From positions 17,278,170 to 17,342,169 of the forward strand of contig OZ316895.1 of assembly GCA_973895155.1 (NCBI GenBank): DNA of 64,000 bases, read 5' to 3'. A program made the translations under genes and the position numbers. Each line of letters opens with the position of its first letter. The first letter of the stretch is position 1. The notes beneath the pieces are model-generated. The model made no database searches. It had not been told where the DNA came from and saw only the letters and a program-made list of their open reading frames with translations. Positions 1-14,360 of this stretch are shown in pieces. The DNA comes from Marsupella aquatica. Lineage: Eukaryota > Plantae > Marchantiophyta.

Positions 1-2616
1 GCACACATCGGATCCTGAGCGAGCTCCACCTGCAGTCTTCGGAAAACTGCAATTGGGAGGAGCGTTGTGGCTCTGTACTGCACTTTAAGGCCGTAGCCCA
101 TCACCCATTGATCCCTCGCCTCCATCATTTCGGAGCGCGCCCAAAAGTAGGATGGATTTGGGTTCCCAAGGTCAGAGATAAGAGCAGGAATCAGAACCTT
201 GTTAGAACCTGCCATATAGCAAATTCCCAGTCTCAAGAGCATTGCCACGATGTCAGAGACTTGTTGCTTATCATGGAGAAGGTGATGGAAGTAATTTTTC
301 AGTTCCTTCAGAGCGACGGAGCCATCATGATGCACTTTTCTAGTGAGAGGGAGTTCCTTGTCAGCCAGCATCGTAGAATTGTCAGGAAGGAGCAGCTGAC
401 CCACAACTCTCCTGCAAAACCAATCGGGATCTAGCACCACCAGACTTCGCCCTGGACCAAATCCTCCGTGGATGGTATCCTCCCAGCCTTCCCGAAAGTG
501 GATCAGATGTCCAGATTCGTGCAAGTAATCCACTGCTGCTTTCAATTTATTCTCGTCAGACACCGAGCTTTCGAACTTGGCAGCAAACACAGCCCAAGGA
601 ACGACAGGAAAATCCTTTGTTTTAATGTCCTCCCTGATTGTAATTTGGATAAATTGACAAATCTTAGGAACTTTCTTTCCCTCCAGCTGCTTTCTGGTAT
701 GCTGAATGAGATGTTCCCGTAACTGTGACACTGACCTTGCAACTCGAGCATCAACAACAAACGCCGTGTCCCTAATTTCGAGGTAATCGCTAAAAAGCGC
801 TCTCAATTCTTTCAGGTATTTGACCCACTGGTCAAGGTACTCACAGGGCTCGTCGTTGAAACGATTCAGAACAAGGATCACGTGACGTTTCTCCTCCCCC
901 TTCAATGAGCTCGACGCGATGAAGCGCATCCAGTAGTTCAGCACCTGCCTACCATGATGCTGGCTCCCAGTGTCGGAACTCGGGTACTTAGCATTGCAAA
1001 CAATTACAAAAGTTGTTGCTTGACCATCGGCGAAGGCCAGGTCAGGAAGAAAAGCACTTTGCAAAACCTGGTACTCCGACTGGCCCGCCAAATCCCAAAT
1101 TGCTAAATTGATTGGCTCCCCGCTCCCCTCTCCCCTGCTCACAATGTGAGACACTTCAATGCCCCGCGTGCGCGGCTCTTCTGTAAATCTCGTCTCTCTT
1201 TTAAAAAATGTGATAAATGGAGGCAACCTGTTCTGCAGACTACGTCTCAGGGTCGTCTTGCCTGCATGTCGGGCAATGCCAATTTGTCAATGGCTTGAAA
1301 TTGGCACGAGAAAAACCTAATTCAATCTAATCCACTGGAATAAATGACCTCAAAGTTGACAGCCATTGCATTCAGCACAAATGTGCAAGTAGGTCTTGAC
1401 CGTTTCGAACTTGCTTTCCAATTCTGCTGTGGGACCATGAATTCCACGTAAGACATGACCACTTACCCTCCCTTGGATCCCCACAAAGAAATATCTTCCC
1501 ATTCGTAGCTTGCACGTCCTCCTCTCCTTTCAATTGCTCTAGTATCCTCGCAAGCCTCCCATTCCGTTCCAGGTACCTCCTCACACTGTTCTCATAAGTA
1601 CCAAAACTGGGCCAGTTGATCTTCAACGTCAGGGCCAGGGACTTATTAGATCGAACTGCATTTTTTAAGGCCTCTGCGACCTTCTTGCTGCCGCCCACAT
1701 TATGTTCAAGATCCAGAATTTGTAATTTTGGTAGTTGCCCATTCTGTAGCACCCGGACGAGCTCCATCAAGCCTTGATCATTTGGTGTGAGCAATCCCTC
1801 TCTACTAGGTCCTTTTCTACCCATGTCATTGTTACGTAGATAGAGCTCAGTCAACCCCGGAAAGTTTCCAGACATGAATGCAGTGGCAAGAGCCTTCGTG
1901 CCATCCATAAAAATGTTACATGTTTCCAAATCAAGCACCGTAAGATTGTTGCCTGATTCTACAAACGCTTTGGCTATAGCCCTAATGCCCTCATCTCCGA
2001 CATCATTGTAGCTCAAATTCATGACCTCTAGAGCTGGTAGGTGGCCTTCTCGTATTTCGCGTGCAAGGTCTTTGGCACCCTCAGGACTGAACCCGTTGTG
2101 TTCCAAAGTCAGGACCTTCAAAGCTTTAGCATGTCCTGATGCAAAGGCTAGTGCCAGAATCTTCACTCCTTCGTCCTTGATCTGATTGCGGAACCAATTT
2201 GATTCCCCCGGTTTGGTAAACCTTTGTCTGTCATTGCGTCCTCTTTCAGGAAATAAACCCAGAGACTCCAGGGCAGGGATATGGCCTTTTTTTATGGCTC
2301 TTGCTACAGCACGTATCCCCACTGCAGTTACATAGTTCCCACCGAGCTGGAGAGACTTCAAGCCTGGAAACGGAACTTCCACCATAGCTCTTCCCAATGC
2401 ACTGATGATTGTATCTCCCAAGTACTGGCCGGCCAAATTTATCTCTGTTATGTCGGATACTGCTTTGAAATCTTTAACGAGCTCCTGGAACTGCAGGTCA
2501 TCAATTGAATCAGGCTCCGGCCCCATACCTCCCTCCCAAATCCTCTTCTTGTCCTTTAACCGGTTCACTGGAATTGAGGGTCCTCCAACTGAGGGACTTC
2601 CATTCTTACTCGACAT
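1..2616 (-). CDS. LRR-ROC-COR (Roco) GTPase, TORNADO1-like; exons 2616-1467 and 1261-<1, 3' end outside window
   Basis: ATG at 2616-2614 (MSSKNGS); RI-like LRRs (LxxLxLxxN). Removing the GT-AG intron 1466-1262 builds the P-loop GDPREGKT. G3 motif WDLAGQ at ~1080-1097; COR-like motifs DYLHESGHLIHF and LDPDWFC. Frame stays open to position 1. Confidence 0.9.
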
Positions 2617-4492
2617 AATTTCGATCCCTTCCTTCAGTCTCCCCAGGAGAATGAAAGGGAACGTGATTCCCACGTTGTGCACAAGACAAGGCCCGATAGA
2701 GGGACAGGCTGCAGACGCCTAGAGTAACTTACAACCCACTGCAGGCAAAGGAATGTCTCGAACCAGAAACGATTGGAAAGTCCCTGAATGGATGGACAAA
2801 TTGCTTGGTAGGTGACGAGCTAACTACACTAGATGGATGGAGGCCAGACCTTCTTTGACATGAATCTAGTGGTCACGGGGCCCAAATAGGCCATGATAGG
2901 ACACCTATGTACAAAAGATAAACCACAGCCCGTGATTGCCAGGCGAACACGAGATCAGTAAACCGGAAAGTAACTCGCAAACAAGTCAACGTCCCCGATC
3001 TGAACTAGGTGCCTAATGTATCGACCAACACATTTCTAACCTTGGACTAAGAGATGTGGAAATTGATTGTCCTGAATCGTTCGAACGGAGCGACAGAGGG
3101 AGACGAAGGACCAATGTTGAGCCGAACAAAATTGCTCGGCTAGGAGTGAAAACACCAACTTGGATGGCAACCATCTCAATGTCTAACCCGCGCAGGGCAT
3201 CGGGCATCACAACCAGACAGACAGACACACAACTAGACCTACGCATCATTTGAGAAAACAGGAGTCGATCAATCAGGCGGACAGCAGCGCCGCCAACCGT
3301 GCGTGTGCTGCCAGGCGTATCTTCTGCACATTAGATTATCACGTTCATCGCCACAGTTCCGTAATGAAATTTCCCATCCAAACGACCTTCGAGTCCATTC
3401 CGGCCAGGAGTGCTAGTATTACGTGCTCACTGCATCCACAGCGACGACAATTGGGAGTGATGTACACGACAAGGACGAGGCACAGTGTTGCTACTTCCGA
3501 TCCAACGTCGTCGGAGGCATTGTGTCGAAAAATGATGCAACACCAATCCACGCCATTATGAATCGAGGAAACTCCACGCCACAAATGAAAATATTCCCGC
3601 ATCCGCCCAATAACTCAGCGAGTACTCTACGTGCGATCGTGAAACGAAGGATTCCGCCCAATTCCCGTTCTCAGGCAGGTTCATCTTTTGCGGGATTAAC
3701 TTAAACAATTGAGTGGCAGCTGTAGCTGCACAATCCACATGGGGTGAGGTTCATCGAGAGATCGCTCCGGGAATCTCTTCTTCAGTCAGCACTCACTCGA
3801 TCGCGTCGCTCGTTTTGACACCTCGGAGGGAAACGAGGGACCGAGGGCCCAACTGAGAGAGGGACGAATTTCCCAAAGGCGAGAGGGGGGAGGATCGGAA
3901 TTTTTAGAGGACGATTTGAGACTTTGAGTAGTATACACGATCTGCGCAGAGAGAAATTGGATCTCGCACTCTCGCCGAGTTTAACGAAGAATCGTCCCCC
4001 GATGACGACGACGACTTTTTGCAAGCTCGCGAGGGAAGTCCGATGATGCCAAAATTCCTGCCTTTCGTGAAGGAGCGCATGCTCTACAGGAGATTACTTT
4101 CTGACCGGTAGATCTCCCTAGGTTTAAGGAGAAGCATCAGATTCTGGCTAGTGGGGTTTGTGGCTGGGTTAGTAACTGGCTAAGAGGGGACGGCAAGCAC
4201 AGGGAAGCTTCGCCAAAAGTGGCGAAGACTTTTCGGATAATGCCCAAAAAACAAGTGGATATATATTTTTATTATTCTTGTTTTTCCCTGAATAAACAAA
4301 AGGAGCACAACCAGTAGGCACTCTTCCATAGGCTAAAGACCCAATCAAGGGGTGGCAACAAAAATGCCAAAAGCTCAGGGACCTGACCACAAAAGCAGCC
4401 AGAAAAAAAACTGAAAACCCTATCTAGCAGCAAACTGAAGAGCATAGTGGTCCTATGGGGTGAAATTTCAGAGGTGGAATTGGTCTATTTTT

Positions 4493-4984
4493 TGTCATTG
4501 CAAAACTCTTTCAGGAGAGTATGCACATGTGCAACATCCAATGAACACAACCTAGTAGTAGACAGATCCAATGAACACAACCTAGTAGTAGACAGAGGAG
4601 ATACGCCTTTCACCTCACTAGAGTCCCCGTCCATGGTAAGACACAAAAGCTAGAGTTATACTGAACTCTCAGCCCGTCAGTCATGTTGAGTCTCCAGTGA
4701 CTAAGCCCTTTCTATCTCCTAATTGTCCATGGTAAGACACAAAAGCTAGAGTTATACTGAACTCTCAGCCCGTCAGTCATGTTGAGTCTCCATTGACTAA
4801 GCCCTTTCTATCTCCTAATTGGCCCAGTAACAATGAGCCTTTGTTAGGGCCTAAGTTCTACTCACTAACTAAGTCCTGCTAGTGAATAGAGTAGTAGCAC
4901 ATCTAACCTTAACCAAGCACCTCAGTATGGTTAAACTAACTATGGTTACATAGTGTCTCTAGACCTAAGAGTAAATGTCTAACA
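4493..4984 (-). mobile_element. LTR of a decayed Ty3/gypsy element
   Basis: TG...CA ends on the minus strand (TGTTAGAC...ATGACA); homologous to 36890-37246 and 55019-55363 (shared AGGCTCATTGTTAC); integrase-tail remnant upstream at ~5460-5650. Confidence 0.65.
4536..4820. repeat. Two tandem duplications inside the LTR: 30 bp (4536-4595) and 96 bp (4629-4820)
   Basis: Directly visible near-perfect direct repeats. Confidence 0.95.
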
Positions 4985-5459
4985 ATATGTTGTTCTTGTG
5001 GAAGTGAGACCCCCGAGACCCCAAAAAACAGAGTGTGCCACTAGCTCTACAAATCCCCTGATCTAGGAGGATGGCATGCATGTTTGTTCCTAGAGGACTG
5101 ACCTTTGATCCATTACCAGCCCACGGCTTTCAAGTGGTGATCCTGGCATCTGTTTGGGCAGCTTCCGACACTGCAGTCAGAGTTTAAATACACTCTAGAG
5201 CTTCTGTTGGCACCTTACTTAGAGACTATGTGGCATCTTTTAATCCCATGCTTTAGATGATGGGATTTATCACTCTGGGTATCATTCCCACTGGCAGCGC
5301 ATATTTAAGTGAAACTCAAGAGATTCATGAGTTTATCTTCCTCTCTCATTTCTCTGGCTTAAAGGATCCTGGGCTTGTCCAGTTCCCATATTTTACCACT
5401 TTGCCACTAGACAGGTTATGTCCAAGCATTGTCCATACTTTTTGGGCCTCACAACTTTA

Positions 5460-5650
5460 GAGTCTCTTATTGACCATTAACTGTACGTAAAGTTTACCTT
5501 GAATTCCTCAGTAAGCTTGCCTTAAAACATTCCTATTGGAAGAGTGGAAAGTGGGTAATCCATTTCACTTCTCTATTGCCTTGTCTTGCTAACTTTAAAC
5601 ACCAATTAATTTGAAAGGCCCTAAGCTTAATTTTTTATTGGAGTAAAAAA
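5460..5650 (-). pseudogene. Degenerate gypsy integrase C-terminus
   Basis: Minus-strand peptides NKKLSLGPFKLI (GPF motif) and TVNGQ, broken by frameshifts. Confidence 0.45.
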
Positions 5651-8600
5651 TTACAGCATCTTACAGGCAAGTACCTTCCAGAAACAGGGCTTTTTGGGTC
5701 AAAATCTCCAATGATTTTGGGCTACAGCGCTCGGGCTCAGGCGTTGTAGCTCATAAGCCACTATAGTTAGTGTGAGTTACTACACTGTTTTACACACTGC
5801 AACTTGAAATTATTTTGGCCAATTCAGCTAGAGAAATGCTCACATAGGGAAATGAGCTTCCCCTTCTACTACCACTGATATTTTGCCTGGAGACATACAC
5901 TAGGTACATATGTCATTTACATACTACAGAGAGAAGTTACGTCATCATATTTGGGGGCGGGATCATTCTGGAATTATTAACAATCTTTCCTCAAAGAAAT
6001 TATGGAAAGCCCTCATGGACACAAAGGTGGGTTCTCAGAAATTAATGGACACAATCAAATTAACTAATCATAGTGTAAGAAAACAGGAGCAAAGTACTTT
6101 GAAAAGTGTTGTGGAGTCAGTGATCCAACCCATGGGTATGCGTACTAGTTACATCCCAGACCCAGCAACTTCTTGACATTGAACAATTCTTATTATACTG
6201 TAGTTCAACATACTGATGTTAGTTCTGCCCTCAAAGCCACGGCCTAGAGGCTTCACTCTAGACAATGGACTCAGGGAGTAGCTTTTGTTTGCACCTTATT
6301 AGTTAAATATAGTGAGACCAGAAAGATTAGTGAATTGATAACTTACTCAAAGTATGCAAGAAGAACTTGTCTGCATTAGAGCACCCAATCAGGTTTTAGA
6401 CATATTCAAAATTCATACTATCTTAGCACATAGAGAGTTCAAAACATGCTATTATTGCCATTTACCTATTTTCTTCAATGATATTCACATAGTGACCCAT
6501 GAATAAAATTTTAGAAAGCTAAAATTAAAACCTTGTAGTTTGTCTCCTGATTGAGATACATCAATTTCTTGCAATAGCATCCAAGGTGTATCTGAGAGAG
6601 ATAGAGATGGGGATTGAGATAGATATAGAGTAAAGATTTGCTACCACAAATGAGAATGTTCGTATGATTCAGGCCCATGTATGGGTGTTGAATGATTTGG
6701 GTTTGATTGACTAACTTATTATTGCATTTTTAAATAAAAAGTTTACTAAGACATGAGCACAACAGTATGGTGAATCACTGAGTTTTGACTTCCTTGGTTA
6801 TGAAGGGTGGCAACCTTTCATATATACTTACACCCTTTCCCAAGGGAAGATTCTTGCATCTTGTTGTGTCTACTACCAGAATTGAGGTGAAAAGTGGATC
6901 AAAGTACAATCATTCTCCACTTTCAAGAAACTTGCTTAGGTTGAAAATACTAATGGGCTCAACCGTACTCCTCAATGATATTTTTGAAGGCCAATGTCAA
7001 CAGTGCAATGTGCCTGTTGACTTGAAGGCTCAAAGGTAGCAATTGATTCCAATGTTGAAAACCAATTGAAACAGTCATTGTAATTGTATAACTAATCAAA
7101 TGGCTCTCATGTGGGCTGTGTCATGACTTGTAATGAGTTCTGATGGCGTGATATATGCCTTTCAATTCCATGGAAAAAAATAAAACTTGTGAAATTAATC
7201 AAAATTGGCAGAGAGTAGTTGGGTGTGTTTGACGGATCCCAGAGTGATCTCATCGTGCTGTTGAAATTGCGGAGAGAAAAAAAATTAGTTTTGCAACAGT
7301 CTAGCTCAGTGGTCCCCTCTGAAGTCAGATCATCCTCTCACATGTAAAGTTTGCAAAATGAACATTTGTCATTTGAGAAGAGTTTAAAGTTCGGAGGAGA
7401 GAACCAATGTCATAATGTTTGATAGCAAGAATTTTCTTGGGTTGTTATTTGCTAAAAACATACCACAATCGCTTGATGAAAGGATTAGCAAACATGCATT
7501 GAAAGTATGTAGCTGATGTTCCATACACATAAACACATTGTGTCTTGTGGGTTATCAAATTACTTACTAGATGGGGCTTCCACCTTTGTAATCAAGATGA
7601 TTACTCTCTAAGTTTCCAATTTCAAGAGAATGATTTCATTACTTCGAGTACTCTACAAATTGCTTTCAAGAAATAGTTATTTGTCATATTTACATTCAAT
7701 AAATTCTTACAAATAAAATACAATTCAGTCAATCATACTTTGCACCATGCAAACATTCAAGCATGATCTTCTTCTATGTCTCAAGTTGTGTTAGCTCAAC
7801 TAGACATTTTGGTTTCTCCCGAATGAATGAGTCACACATATTCAGACGTTCAATATATGAATTAAATCACAGTGATCTCAGATACATCAATCAGATGCAA
7901 CAGTTGTTACGTTGTTAATATGTTTTAAGTTGAACAGTTGTTATCTAGTGTGATTCGCTCCTGCACCTTTCCTTGTTTTGCGATAAACTCCTGAGAAGAG
8001 TGTCGTGCTATGCTTCAAGGTTCAGCATAATACCTATGTGATCAATTGTGGTTGATAATGTTGAAGGTTTGAATTCCTTCAGGAACGTAAATCTCATTGC
8101 ATCCAATCCACTGCATAGTCTACTATCAATCATTTGGCATGACCAAGAACGATTGAGTATGATGTAAGCCCACCACCTTCTATAAGCAGTTATCAACCCA
8201 AGTACAAATGGCATGCAAAATAGATCTATATGTTTTGGGATGTCTTGGGCAAAAGGATCATATGTATTGGGATTAACAAACCACCCTTCAATTCTATTAT
8301 GTTTATCAAACAAATCAGCTCCCAGTGTAGTTCACGGAATTACTCCAATAAGTGAACATTGGTGACCAAAAACAAACATTTTAAAGTTTTTTCCTGTAAT
8401 TTTTGTGTCCAAATAAGCTACCTAGTTTCAGGAAGGAATACTAATAGTTATAAGTATTTTGCACAATTCTCCCAAGAACCATTCAACATTTGTTCACCCT
8501 AGTTAATGTTAATGGTTTTCTTGAACCTACTGTAAAGTAGTATAGGGCAATCATCTTAGCTTTGTCTAGGGTTTGAGACTACAAAAGAGTTGTTTTGTAG

Positions 8601-9214
8601 AAGGGAGCTAAGGCCCCTGTTGTGGTTCATTTCCAAGAATAGTTTAGGTAACCGCAAAGAGTTAGAACCCACTGGATTTGATGTGTTATATTTTCAAACC
8701 ATGTTAAATCATAATTAAGGTTCCTTTGTTCATTCCAAATTATTTTCAACATCTAATCAAGCAAGGCTAAGACAATCATTAAAGCAATAATAGTTCAATT
8801 GAAACTTTCATTTTAGTAAATATTTTGCCACAATTCTTGATAATCTAATTGGCGCATCTACAACGGTGATATAGTAAAGTTGAGTTGAAATGAGTGTTTA
8901 CTTAGCAGATCTTTATGTACCTCCAAGCATTGCAAGCCATAAAGGGTAACAATGGCATCTTGGGTAGATTCATGTTACAGCCAAGTTTATGATCTTGAGT
9001 AAGGCTAAGGTGACCATTTTCATTATTATTTTATTAAAAATATGCAGATATTTTACTTTGCCTGTGGAAGAGGGCTTATGTAGTGATGATTGAGCAGAGT
9101 TTAATATATATGTTGTAATAGCTGCACCACCATGTAAAGTATCAAAGATAGTAAACCAAGAGTAAGGGCTGATTGCATAATTATGTTTAGTAATGAGCTT
9201 GTTTTGTAAATATA

Positions 9215-9240
9215 CTAGCTCTCATCCGTGCCGATGGCTC
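9215..9240 (-). mobile_element. Helitron-type 3' terminus
   Basis: Minus strand reads GCCATCGGCACGG...CTAG followed by T (short hairpin plus CTAG). Confidence 0.5.
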
Positions 9241-9939
9241 TAAACGAGGCTGCCCATCCCTTCATCTAAAGATGAAAACTATATGCCCATCCCCAAGTCT
9301 ATTTTTGGTTCATACTAACATCTCCAACCATAGAGGCCAAAGTTGATGGACATGGATTGGTTCCACTGCTAAATTAGCCAAGCATGGATCATTGATGAAG
9401 GACCTGTTGATGAAATTAGCTGAGAATAGGTCCATCCTCGTCATCGTTTGTAAGTGGTCCTGAGAGCATATCTGAAACTGCGCCTTTACTATCTTGAAAA
9501 TTCTCATGATTGTGAACAAAAGGGATACACACATAATTTGATCAAAGTTTGCTGACAATTTATTTATTCTATTGGATGAACAATAAGCCATAAAATTTGA
9601 ATATTATATTCAGTGAAATTGATCATCAGTTTTTCCCACCATTAAGGTTAGCTGTAGCTCATCAGACTGTTCTTGGGATGGAGCAGGGCATCTCAACTTT
9701 ACAGATCATTGCTAATTGGATGACAAGTCTCAGACATTCCATGTTGGTGAGACTAAATCAATAAAGGCCGATTCACACAGAAGCCATTGTATAATTTGTT
9801 GTTCGAAGTCCCACAATGTGGGGTTCTCGGAATCCTCGTAATATACTTTTGGAGTCTGATTGCTCATTCCATGAGTCATGTGAGGATTCCCACACACATT
9901 ACCCGAGCCACTACCAACCTCCAAGACCTATATGTACAG

Positions 9940-10483
9940 ATAGAATTTGCTCAGAAGCGTATGGCTCCAGAGACATAAGAGGTTATACATCACCTCGAGA
10001 GAGTGTGCGTCCCTCTACAACCCCCAGCGAGTCTTCTATACGGGATTATACAAGAAAAACAAGTTTTCCAGTTGGAAAATATTCAGATGGTAAATATTCT
10101 GAAAAAGGCCATGACAAACATAATCATGCGAGACCCATTCAACCAGCTGGATATGATGGGAAGTTTACTACAGGAGCTGATATTCAATCTAATAGCAGTG
10201 CCCCTCAAGGCGACTATCACAAGCAATTTAGGCAAGGAATTGCAGATAATGTTCATGGGACTCCCCCTAGGAGGGGGACAAGTATGGATGATTGTTCATG
10301 GCAAGATGTCAAGAACACAAGATGCAGGAGCAATGAGAACAAATGTTCAAGGGATAAACCTGAAGGCACATCCTTTTCTTGTAACGATTGCATGGAGCCA
10401 CAGTGCTTATACTGCTGGAGGAAATTACGAGATGCTAAGGGAGACTTTTCATTTTTGGATCAGTTTGAAACCCAAGAACAAAA
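9940..10483 (+). other. Putative orphan exon (Ser/Gly-rich, with CNDCMEPQCLYC)
   Basis: Open frame within ORF 9816-10622, flanked by TACAG| and AG|GTAC; no recognisable family. Confidence 0.3.
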
Positions 10484-10690
10484 GGTACTACTACATCTCC
10501 CCTTCATTGGTAGCAACAATACATATTCTTTACTAGATTTTTCCCCGGATTGTTCAATATTTTTGTTATTTATAATCCAACTTGTTCTTAATAGATTGAC
10601 AAACTATATCTTGTTTTTCTAACAACATATATAATCTGGTAGTCACATCTCTCCAAAATTAAACACACCAGGCCAGGCATGGATTTACCA

Positions 10691-10940
10691 GGAGATATTA
10701 ATAGATCCATTGTCAATTGTATTTTTCTATTCAGTCAAGACTTAGTGAGGGATAATACCTAGCTGAGAGCCGTGGAAGTAAGGGGAGGGCATATGCCAAA
10801 AGGTGGAGGGAGATATTAATAGATCCATTGTCAATGCATTGGCAATTGTATTTTTCTATTCTGTCAAGACTTAGTGAGGGATGATACCTAGCTGAGAGCC
10901 GTGGAAGTAAGGGGAGGGCAGTACGTGAAAAGGTGGAGGG
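10691..10940. repeat. ~120-130-bp tandem duplication
   Basis: GGAGATATTAATAGATCCATTGTCAAT...AGGTGGAGG occurs twice. Confidence 0.9.
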
Positions 10941-13900
10941 AATTAGCTGAGGCTGTTGGTTTTACCTAGGACCTCTGGCAATTTTCTCTTTGTGACCCTT
11001 CTACGCACTTCACTCCGGACCTTTATCTGGCTTTTGAGTTTACTGATAAGTAGGGTTTTAGTTCCATTTTGTCCTGTGTTTTTTTTTTTTGCCTCATTGG
11101 TCTTTCCAGGGTTTCACCCTTGTTTTCTTCCCTTTATTGGGTCTCCTGCCTTTCCTGCTGCCTGTGGGATCTTGTCTCCGGATTTGATCTTTCTGCTCTT
11201 AAGTTTGGCCCCTAACAAAAACTGACAGAAAATACACAGGAATGTCTTAATCTCCAAAATCTTCTGTAATCAACTTCTAGTCGAGCATCTAGTCAGTTAT
11301 TATACATGTGTACAACCTTGTGACATATTATACATGAATACATAACTATACATACAAGAGGTATTTGAAAGACGAGGACCCAAGAGGTATTTGACAGAAG
11401 GCTCTAGTTACATACTGAAGGGAGTCCAATAGCAATACCGACATGAAGCATTGTCTCCACCCAATATTTCAACCCAGATTTCACCCCTTAATAACCTGTT
11501 TTCTATTCAAGCATTGCACATAATGTACACTAAACTGGCATTTTAGGAAATGATTATCACTGGCACTTTCTTTTATTTACAATTGTGATTTTCACTGACT
11601 ATATAAAGCTACTTTTTTGCACACGTTCCTATACTGTTGACTTATAGGTCTTCACTAGGAACACATATCTGAGCCCCCCTTTGGCCAGATGGCGCATGGT
11701 TATCATATCTCCTGGAAGTCTGTGAAATCAGGACGATTTTGACCTTGTATATTTATGACAATTTAAGCTGACTGCACCACAAGGTAGGAAAACCTTACTA
11801 GACAAGGCAAGTGGTTAAAGCTCTTGGCATGGTTAGGAGCGCATGTAGTGGTTAGAAATTGTTAGGGCCAAGTATTTTCTCCAAGCTTGTATGCTCGGAG
11901 AGTGTGTAAAGTGTGTTGGTTCCAACCTCCTACTAAGTTCAAACTCTTCTAACAGGTATCTTACCAAGGTTAAACAATCACGTTGATTACAATTGATCAC
12001 CACATATTTTCTCATAAACATTGCTCTAGGATTGAACGTACTGTAAAGTATAGGTGTAACACTATTTGTTCCTAAAATTTGAGGCTTCTTCTCCAATCAT
12101 GAGTGGGTAAGCAAATAGCTTTCACTATTGTGCAAAGGTTCTTGTAGATTATCCATTTCACGTGAAGATGATCAAGAATATGATAGCTGCAAAAATTAAT
12201 CTCTAACGTAACTTGGTAACCTGTAGAACTGTTTGAACAAAGGTTTTAGTTCCTTACCTTAAAGAGTTTGACAAAATCATTTTGTCTGACTTGTAGTTAA
12301 ATTTCATTGCCAATGTTTTCTTAACCAAAAACCTCCAATGGTCATTTTAACCCTGATTACAACACATTGGCAGCAGTCCTCAAGATGAACTGAGGCCCAC
12401 TTGGTAACCCTTAATGGCCCTTGTAATGGCCCTCAACTTGCTCGTCAGAGAGAACATAACTGTTAACGTTGGTTAACATGATGGTGTTCTGAAATTTTCT
12501 CAAGACACCATCAACAAGGGATAGTCTTTTCCTCTGCAATTAATTGAGGTCACCTCAATCATATTTCTGGTCACCCCTACTTCCTTGAAAGGTTGACCCA
12601 AGGGTTAATCAAGGTCAAGGTAAGAAGGACTGTCTTAACTAGTGAAGGTTGTCATGCGGCTTAATTTACTCTCTAAAATTATATCTGAATGACTGACTTA
12701 CGAGCAACCTTGCAGCATGTTTATAATTTTTCTTTGGTCAGATACCATAGTATAGTCACTCCCAGATACTCACCATTGGGATTATATTGGTTATATTATG
12801 CTCTTTCGTAGTGCACTTTTCAATTTTGCAACCATCGTTTGCCCTCTTTAATTAAAACATGTCTTCTCGTTGGATTTGAAATTTTTGGGAAGTTCATGAA
12901 CCCAAATGAGAGTCACATTATCCAGCAGGCATGTAGAAGTAATTTTCAGGTAAATTAGACTTTCTACAAAGGATCAAGCTTAGCAACTGTGCTCCTTTCT
13001 ACCTTTAAGGGGCTTCAAGAACTGTATTGTGTAAATTTTAAGCATGGAGGACTGCCTCAGCCATCAATATATGTAAACTAATGGAAACTACCTCTGAACA
13101 GACCCTCGACTACCCTTTTTATTTCAGTTCAATTCCCCATGAAACATCTACTTGTTACCCATAATAAGATTAAAAAATTAGAAGATTAATAGCTCAGAAT
13201 TTATTTAAATTACCCTTGCTGTGTTCACATGTCCTTTCTGAATAAGTTAAGTTGAGGGCCTAGGGGGAGCACTGAAAGGACATAGATAATTTTTTCCCAT
13301 CGTAGTAGCACGGGCTAATTAGTTAAAATCTCTCCATCCATCACACTCAGAATAAATATAAATATCTTTTATTGGTTGTGTGATTGGTTGGCTACTTAAG
13401 TTGCATCCTTTTGTTTCTTTCTTCACACCCTTTCGCTTCAATCTTTCTTTGCATGGGTTTGGGTGAATTTCCAAGTTTAATTTCTCTTCACGTATACCAC
13501 AAAAAAACAAATGTTTACCTCTCCCAGACAAGGGCCTGCTTTCCACCCCACCACTACTAACATTAGACTACCACCAAAAATATTATTGTCTAAGCATCTA
13601 TAATTTCATATATTTGGAAAAGTAGGGAACAAAAATCGTAATGCCCCAGTAGGATGAAATCAAACAAAAATAAACAATGCAAAGATTTTTCTCATTTATC
13701 TTTGGTAATTTCTCCTCTTGGTCCTGCTCTTGGTAAGGTTTGGTTGTTATAAAAATGCAGAGTGTTACTTGTTTGCCTATCAATCTTACCATCTAGAATT
13801 TTTCAAAGCTTTAATTTAGATGGACTTTAAATATATGGAATGATCTATTATAATAGAACTCATATCACACCATCACAAGGAATCTGCTAATGATGTTTTA

Positions 13901-14360
13901 AAATTTTCAATCTTTATTACCTACTCGGGTGACATGGCTCCAGCCCACTCAGGTTAATGTCACATATCTCATACTCATATGATACCAAGAAAACGGGCAA
14001 ATAAAATAAAATGACCAAAATTTATTCAACACATGTATTTTGATCCAATTCTTCACAAAGGAGTTAGTATTGCTTTGATGCAATCAGAATGAGAATAGAT
14101 GCTATACTAAGCTTGAAAGTTAACCATGCATGGCGTAGCCGTCAAAATATCTAGAATAGGTTACTCTATCTCAAACATGGCAATCGGGTACAGTATTCAA
14201 AACTCATCCTTGCACTGTCTGTCTTTTGTTGTGATCACGTGGTGATAAACAGTGGAAACCTAGCATAAGACATGTTGACCAACTCAATAATTTCCACACT
14301 GTACACAATCAACACAATTCAAGCAGCTCCAAATCTTTAGAAGATAGATTGCATTCAGAA

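Noticed and set aside
1372-1466. C-terminal tail and non-ATG N-terminal extension of ORF 1372-2682
   Set aside because: The tail is intron read-through; the likely start is the ATG at 2616.
8008-8313. Possible Ulp1-like or transposon accessory ORF
   Set aside because: Similarity too weak to name.
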